DNA of 64,000 nt. It comes from the human T2T-CHM13v2.0 reference genome, Homo sapiens. Position 1 is the stretch's first letter, and the number at the start of each line of letters is the position of its first letter. The stretch lies in NCBI RefSeq assembly GCF_009914755.1, contig NC_060931.1; one strand, 5' to 3'. Made by a program: the position numbers and the translations under genes. Below are positions 57,043 to 64,000 of this stretch, one piece after another. The notes under the pieces are model-generated. The model made no database searches, had not been told where the DNA came from, and worked only from the letters and a program-made list of their open reading frames with translations.

Positions 57043-57487
57043 ATGCCCGGAGCCGCCGCCGCTGCCGCCGCCGCCGCCGCCGCGATGCTCCCGGCTCAGG
57101 AGGCTGCCAAGCTGTACCACACCAACTATGTGCGGAACTCGCGGGCCATCGGCGTGCTGTGGGCCATCTTCACCATCTGCTTTGCCATCGTCAACGTGGT
57201 GTGCTTCATCCAGCCCTACTGGATAGGCGACGGCGTGGACACCCCGCAAGCCGGCTATTTCGGGCTCTTCCACTACTGCATCGGCAACGGCTTCTCCCGG
57301 GAGCTGACCTGCAGGGGCAGCTTCACGGACTTCTCCACGCTGCCCTCGGGCGCCTTCAAAGCCGCCTCCTTCTTTATCGGCCTCTCCATGATGCTCATCA
57401 TTGCCTGCATCATTTGCTTTACCCTCTTCTTCTTCTGCAACACGGCCACTGTGTACAAGATATGTGCCTGGATGCAGCTCACCTCCG
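57043..57487 (+). CDS. LHFPL3: LHFPL tetraspan subfamily member 3, coding exon 1 (445 nt, phase-1 donor)
   Basis: MPG(A)11[48 protein letters not shown]...GYFGLFHYC...ICAWMQLTS is the recognisable LHFPL3 N-terminus with two hydrophobic TM segments; donor G|GTGAGT at 57487/57488. Confidence 0.95.
57052..57084 (+). repeat. GCN11 poly-alanine tract
   Basis: (GCC)3 GCT (GCC)6 GCG. Confidence 0.95.
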
Positions 57488-59902
57488 GTGAGTGCGCGCT
57501 CACCTCCGCGGAGGCGGAGGACCCCGGGGCGCCCGAGCCGGGGAGGGGCCAGAGTGGGAGGGACGGGGGCTGTGCGCGCCGCTGCGAGCCAAGCCGCCTA
57601 ATCCGCTCAGGCGTCGAGGTGTGGGGGGCGGGAGCCCAGCGAGGCCGGAACCCCCGGGGTTCCCCAGCCCCGGCGCTGGCGCCTCGTCCCGGGGCTTTCG
57701 TGAGCCTCCCAAGTGTGGGGGACGCCCACTCAGAGGGACGCCCCGGAGGCAGGGCGGTTGTGGGGCCGAGTCCGCTCAGAACTAAGGATGGTGGGTGGAG
57801 AAGTGGCCGCTTAGAGAGATGGGGCCGGGGTTCCGTGCTGAGGGACTAAGGAGGGACTGACAGGGCGAAGTGAAAAGCGGATTTGGAGAGGTCATAGTGG
57901 AAGGAGCAGCCAGCCTGCCCTGCCCCTCGCTGCTGGGACTATTTCTGTCATTGATCCTGGGAAAGGGGGCGGGGGGCGGTGGCTGGAGTGATACTGTTTC
58001 TTTCCATCCCGGGCAGTTAAATATGTTTACTCCTCCATCCGGAGGTGAAGAGATCTTAATTCTGTTTTGGGTTTCCCCTTGTAAGAAGAATGTAGCTTAG
58101 AACATTCTTTCGCAATTCCTCAATGTCAAGTCTTCAGTTTGCCTCCTTGTCCGTGCAAAGTTCCTTCCATTTCATCTTTAAACAGAAGTCTTTAGTAAAT
58201 CAAGATTCCTCAAGATCTCATTTTTGGGAAGTGGCTTTGGGGAAGTAGGCAGAGAGGAGAATGTTTCATTAGCATCTCCGATCACTCTTTCCCTGTGGAT
58301 GATAAATTGTTGCTAGCTGGAGGATATGAAAGTACTTTTTTTCTGTGCATCAAAGTTACTTTTAACCCAGAAAGGATGGGGTACATTTCCTGGTGACTTT
58401 GAAGAGTCCTGAAACAAAACTGACTCCTTGCTGTACTTCCCCTGATGGCGATTGCCTCTCTGCCAGCCAGCTTGGATGCCCTCCCTTCTAAAGTCAAGGG
58501 TCCAGTGGTCGTGACACATTTCTGTTCCAACATTGTTGAGGTCCTTTTGATTTTATGGATGGTCTGGTTGTAGAAGGGCACTGAATATCTTAGGCAGCTA
58601 AAGTTTTCATTTGCGTTTTCTTTTACTGTTCTCATTTTTAAGATGTTTCAAGATTTTGTCGTTTATTCTATTCCTGGGAAGGTTTTCTGGGGAGAGGGAT
58701 TCAATCCCTGACAGAGTGTTGTAGGATGAGTAGATACTTAAAGGTGCTGGACAATAGCGTTAAGGTTCATAGTCCTATATTGCTAGTTTGATAAGGAAAG
58801 AGAAGCTTGTGGGAGACTACACTTGTGTGAAAGTATTTATTTTGTGTTTTGGCTCGCCTGATATTGATTTGCCATATATTGTAAAAGTGTGTATGTGAAA
58901 AGCAAGAAATGAGCAGCAGTAGAGACTCCCTCCTTTACACATACCATTATCTCCTGAACGGGGAGTTCTGCGTCTCCTTCTGCACCCCCATCCCCAACTT
59001 TTTCTAGCAATTCCTCACTCTATGTTTTTATATATAAAGTTAACTTTTATGGCCATTTCAAGCAGAATAACTAAGATTTGGAATAAATTCATGTATTATG
59101 GCTGTTCTTGACACTTAGCTCTGGTTTGACTTTGAAGAGGACACACACATGCAGATGCTGTAGAAAAAGAATTGACCCTGCACAGCTAATTTTAATTTTT
59201 CTAAGTTAAATGACCTATTTAGACAGGTGATTCAAATTACATCGTTTTTAAAAGGTCTGAAAATACTTTGCAGGTGCTTTCTCAACAACGTATTCTTCAA
59301 TGTTTGATTTTTATGAGGTTTCCTACTCTAACCCCCCGCTTTTTGAAAGACAAAAAGAAAATGATCTTTGAGAAAGAAATACCAGCTTTGAAGTTAATAC
59401 AAACTGCAACCATTACAAGGTTTTTTTGTTTTGTTTCGTTTTTCTCCTTTTCTCTTTCTGGAATAGAGCACAGAAAAATTGTCTGTCCTGGAGCAGTGAA
59501 ATATAATGTTGTTCTCAGGCATTTGACATCAATGTTTATCCTGTTTTCCACGTCATGTAAAATGTGGGGATAGTTTTTGTACTAAAGATGTAAGGACATT
59601 TACTTCATTTTGGAGAAGTCCGGATCCTTAAGTGACATACTTTTTAAAACCTTTATTTGCAATTATTTGGCATTTTATTTCTAGGTAAACTATAGTACAT
59701 GATTTTGTTCATTAGTGAAGTATATTAATAAAAGAAAAATTGATTCTGATGACAGGTCAAATAAGGATCTGTCACTCATTCACAGATTTTTAAGGAATAA
59801 CATAGAAGATATTTCTAAACAATGTTACATTTAACATGGTTTTCAGGATTTTTCTAAAAAAATTAAGTCTCATTATACTAACAAAAAATTTAATATAAAC
59901 TA

Positions 59903-60283
<381 letters not shown>

Positions 60284-60481
60284 CTATTTGTTTACCAGTA
60301 CCTAGGCTAATCTCAAGTGTAATTTGCTAAATATGAAAGATGAGACCTTAGTGTACTATTTGCTTATTAGAGACTATCCCTCATTGGAAATCAAACTATT
60401 CGCTTGTGTATTTAGTTATCTAAGCCTTTTTAATATACTAACATCCTATATGTAGTCAGGTAGAATATAAAATCCTATTTC

Positions 60482-60793
60482 TTTTCTTTTTTTTTTTTTT
60501 TTTTTTTTTTGAGATGGAGTCTCGCTCTGTCACCCAGGCTGGAGTGCAGTGGTGTGATCTCGGCTCACTGAAACCTCTACCTCCTGAGTTCAAGTGATTC
60601 TCCTGTTTCAGCCTCTTGAGTAGCTAGGGCTACAGGCGTGTGCCACCACACCAGGCTAATTTTTTGTATTTTTAATAGAGACAAGGTTTCACCATGTTGG
60701 CCAGGCTGGTCTGGAACTCCTCACCTCAAGCAATCCGACTGCCATGGCCTCCCAAAGTGCTGGGATTACAGGCGTGAGCCACTGCACCCAGCC
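60482..60793 (-). mobile_element. AluS
   Basis: 13-bp TSD aaaatcctatttc at 60469-60481 and 60794-60806. Confidence 0.93.
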
Positions 60794-62119
60794 AAAATCC
60801 TATTTCAAGTGATACATTAAGATGATGAAACAGACTTCTTATGATATTACAATATAAAAAATTATTATTTTTATGATTCTGAACGATGAACCAGAAAAAT
60901 TAATTTATTTATTGGACCTGAAAATGATGTTGCTCGTTCATCTAGGTGTGTGAAGCACATTTAATTTTCGTGCCGTTATGAACACCTTATCCTCTCCCTC
61001 CTCACTCTAAGTCTTTATCAAACACAGTAGCATGAAACTAGGAAGCACAGAATTAGGAGCTAATATATCATACTATCTTTGGATGTCATCCTGTATGTAC
61101 AGACCATGTCTTATATAAAAACTGGAGACATAAAAATAATACATAAAATAATGATAATAAGAGATATAAAACTTTCCTAAATCTGTAGAAAGGCAATTTC
61201 TTCAGAAGGAAAAAAAAAAAAAAGAGGCTTTCTGTGTGATTTCTCTGACACTAAAAGGAAAAGAGTAGATTTGTAATTGGTCAAGCAGGGTAATAAAGTC
61301 CAGATTTTTAAAAAATCAGGATAGAAAGGGAATTTTCTTCCCCTGGGAACCTTATTTTCTGCTTCTATGTTCTTGTTCTCTTTAAGTCAATATTTCAGTT
61401 GGTTTCTGAGTCTACTAATAACCACATTTTATAAACCACACTTTGTTTGTTCTAGTGACTATAAGCCATACCTTGAATTGTTTCCAGAAGCCCATGTGTT
61501 CACCATATTAGGCCAAAGAAATCTTTAGTTTTCTTTTCTTTTTATAAGCTGAAGTATTCAGTGGAACTTAAGGTTTTGTAGACATCGGTCATGCATTTCT
61601 TGGTCAAAGGCAACAGATGTGGAAAGATACTCGCTTTCATCTGTGGAGATGGGACACCTGATCCAGATTGGATTTTCTTATTAAGGAGAGATGAGGACAG
61701 AATGGGTTGTACTCCCCAGATTCCTCATCTGTATCATTCTGAGTGTACCAGCAAGAAGGGCCAGCAAGAAGTGCCACCAAGATGGCAAGGCTTTATGGCA
61801 AGGGGTAAGGGTTGAATTGTTTAGTCTGTTACCCCCTAGCCTCCTAGATTTAGTTCTGCCAAATTCTTTTTATCCCGCTTGCTACCTTAAATTTTATAAC
61901 TTTGTCATTTAGGTGAGATGAGAATCACCAAAGGTAATCACTATATTTCTTAGCCTGCAAGAAGAGCCTTTGAAATGTTATACCATCCTATCTTGTGGCA
62001 CCCTCCTGTTTTCTTATAGATCTCATTAGCATTTGAAATTACAGCACATTTCCATGTTTATTTAATTTCTGTCTTCTCCAGTGCATTGAAAGTTCCATAA
62101 GGCCTTGACTGTTTTTCTT

Positions 62120-62400
62120 TGTACAGCATAGAGGTCAAAAGCATGGAAACTGGAGTTAAAAGATGTGGATTTGAAGCCTGGCTGTGACACTTACGGACTG
62201 TGTGACCTGGAGAATTAATCTTCCTATGCTTTAGTTGCTCATCTGCAAATATGCATATAATTGTACCTGTCAGGAGACTGTTGCAAAGACTAAATGAGCT
62301 AATGTATTATTTAGTGTCTGGTTTACAGTAAGTAGGCCCTCTGTGAGTGTTGGGTATGGTTGCTGTTGTTGTCTTGCTATTATTACTATATCCTGGCATA
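62120..62400 (+). mobile_element. MIR
   Basis: ctgtgtgacctgg...ttagttgctcatctgcaaat...taaatgagctaatgta. Confidence 0.75.
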
Positions 62401-62528
62401 TAGTAGTATGTGTATATCTGGCACATAGTAGGTATTCGATAATTTTTCATTGAGTTAATAAATTGAAAAATAATGAATAATCGGGTGAAGAATGAAAGGA
62501 AAAAGGACTTTAAATTTCCCATATGTTG

Positions 62529-62820
62529 GGCTGGGTGCAGTGGCTCACACCTGTAATCGCAGCACTTTGCGAGGCCAAGGCGGGCAGATCACCTGAGGTC
62601 AGGAGTTCGAGACTAGCCTGGCCAACATGGTGAAACCTTGTCTCTACTGAAAATACAAAAACTAGCCAGGTATGGTGGCGTACACCTGTAATCCCAGCTA
62701 CTCAGAAGGCTGAGGCAGGCGAATCACTTGAACCCGCAAGGCGGAGGTTACACTGAGCCGAGATCATGCTACTGCACTCCAGACTGGGCAGCAGAGTGAG
62801 ACTCCATCTCAAAAGAAATA
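62529..62820 (+). mobile_element. AluSx-like
   Basis: gatcacctgaggtcaggagttcgag; TSD approximately ttcccatatgttg. Confidence 0.93.
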
Positions 62821-64000
62821 AAATTCCCATATGTTGTGGCAAGAAGTGAATGCTGTGTACTTTGAAAGCCGTGATACTCATTTCTCAGTGGTGTGTGGCG
62901 TCACTAGTAGTGACCACACTGAAAGAACTAGTCCTTGTTCTTTGATGACAATGGTTGTGACTTGACACCCTAATTTGTGATGAGCTTTTTCCCAGAGGCT
63001 TTCTGATGTATAGGTAATGATCTTTATTACAGCATTGGGAGATAATCATATCTCAGGCTTCAGCAAATTTTCCCTTACCATTTATTTTCTCATTAAAAAA
63101 ACCTCATATCATCCAAAATGGAGGCTTTATGTAAAAATCAAGAGATTGGGTTTTCTTTCAGAAAGAGCAGGGACTTGTTCTAGGTTGGATTTCCTTATGT
63201 ACCTTCAGGAGCAATAAAGACAGGAAAAGACTTTTCCTGTCCTTCCAGGCTTTCCCACTTCTTACTGGGCATCAGTGCAGATGTGCTCTTCTTGGACTCC
63301 CATGGAGCAGGCCAAGCCCTCTCTGACAGAGTGATTCTGAATGTACTGAGCTCTGATGGGGTGCTCTGAAGAGGGGACAGAACTGGGATGTACTCAGGTG
63401 TAGACTCAGTGTTCAGGACAATCATCTGTCCTTACCCTTTGGCTAGTGCTGAGCAGTGTGAAAAAGTGAGCTCTTGCCCCAAAATGCTGCTTATGCATCC
63501 TGAGTTCAGTGCCAAGGAGTGACCCTAAAGAGAGGCTTTTCCTCTATCAGAGCATTTCAAATCTTCTCCCATGTGTAGAGGAAAGGATACCTACAGCCAG
63601 TGAGGGCAGTTTTTGTTTTCTAACAACATATTTCACTTAAAATAATTTTTTATTTACCAAGACAAACTTACAAGAAAGTGATCTGGAATAATTTAGAACC
63701 ATTTCCCTTATATGTAATGTGACAAGAAATGTGACAATTGGAAGAGATGTTAGAAAATAATGTGATGTCAAAACAAACAGTTTTTATAAAAGTGAGATTT
63801 TAAGAAAACATCTGTGAAAAATAACCGGTCCCATATAACCCATACAATATATTGTTAGGAATTTTTTTCTTGGTGCAAGGCTGCACAATCAACAAGTTTC
63901 CCACTGTAAAAATATAATAAAGTACTTCTATATTTCCGTAAGTAAATAATATAATAAAAGTCTAACCAGAATGTGGTATCAGAGGCTTAATATGAAAACA

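Larger units (their letters stand above)
56560..57860 (+). promoter_or_regulatory. LHFPL3: CpG island / LHFPL3 promoter and exon 1
   Basis: Sharp rise in GC and CpG content; GC boxes (ccccgccc ~56869-56876); no obvious TATA box. Confidence 0.9.

Noticed and set aside
56578-57273. 231-aa antisense ORF, plus the 174-aa alternative-frame ORF at 56967-57491
   Set aside because: Shadow frames of a GC-rich, stop-poor exon and CpG island; low-complexity products with no recognisable family.
56944-57849. 301-aa ORF as a single-exon gene
   Set aside because: Begins at TTG and runs through the GTGAGT donor; only 57043-57487 is LHFPL-like.

Overview
Primate (most likely human) genomic DNA. About 56 kb of repeat-rich upstream sequence leads to a CpG island containing coding exon 1 of LHFPL3 (+ strand, ATG 57043, splice donor after 57487), followed by the first ~6.5 kb of intron 1. 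The upstream region holds one full-length inactivated L1PA3-like element (4786-10946), a 5'-truncated L1PA, old L1M/L2/MIR/CR1 fragments, about 16 Alu/FLAM copies, several MaLR LTRs, an ERVL pol relic, and Tigger3a, MER5B and MER20 DNA transposons. I found no evidence of a new multi-gene system; the long ORFs are L1-derived, belong to LHFPL3, or are GC-rich shadow frames. The most notable unexplained structures are: (1) a ~155-bp insertion at 41900-42054 built like an inverted (twin-primed) L1 3' transduction with a 14-bp TSD; (2) a 110-bp near-perfect palindrome at 2181-2290; (3) several short spaced duplications; (4) candidate CTCF and RFX/IRF sites; (5) a uORF, (GGA)8 and GCC/poly-Ala arrangement around two candidate LHFPL3 start codons. 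Repeat subfamily calls and old-repeat boundaries were made by eye from remembered consensus sequences and are approximate.
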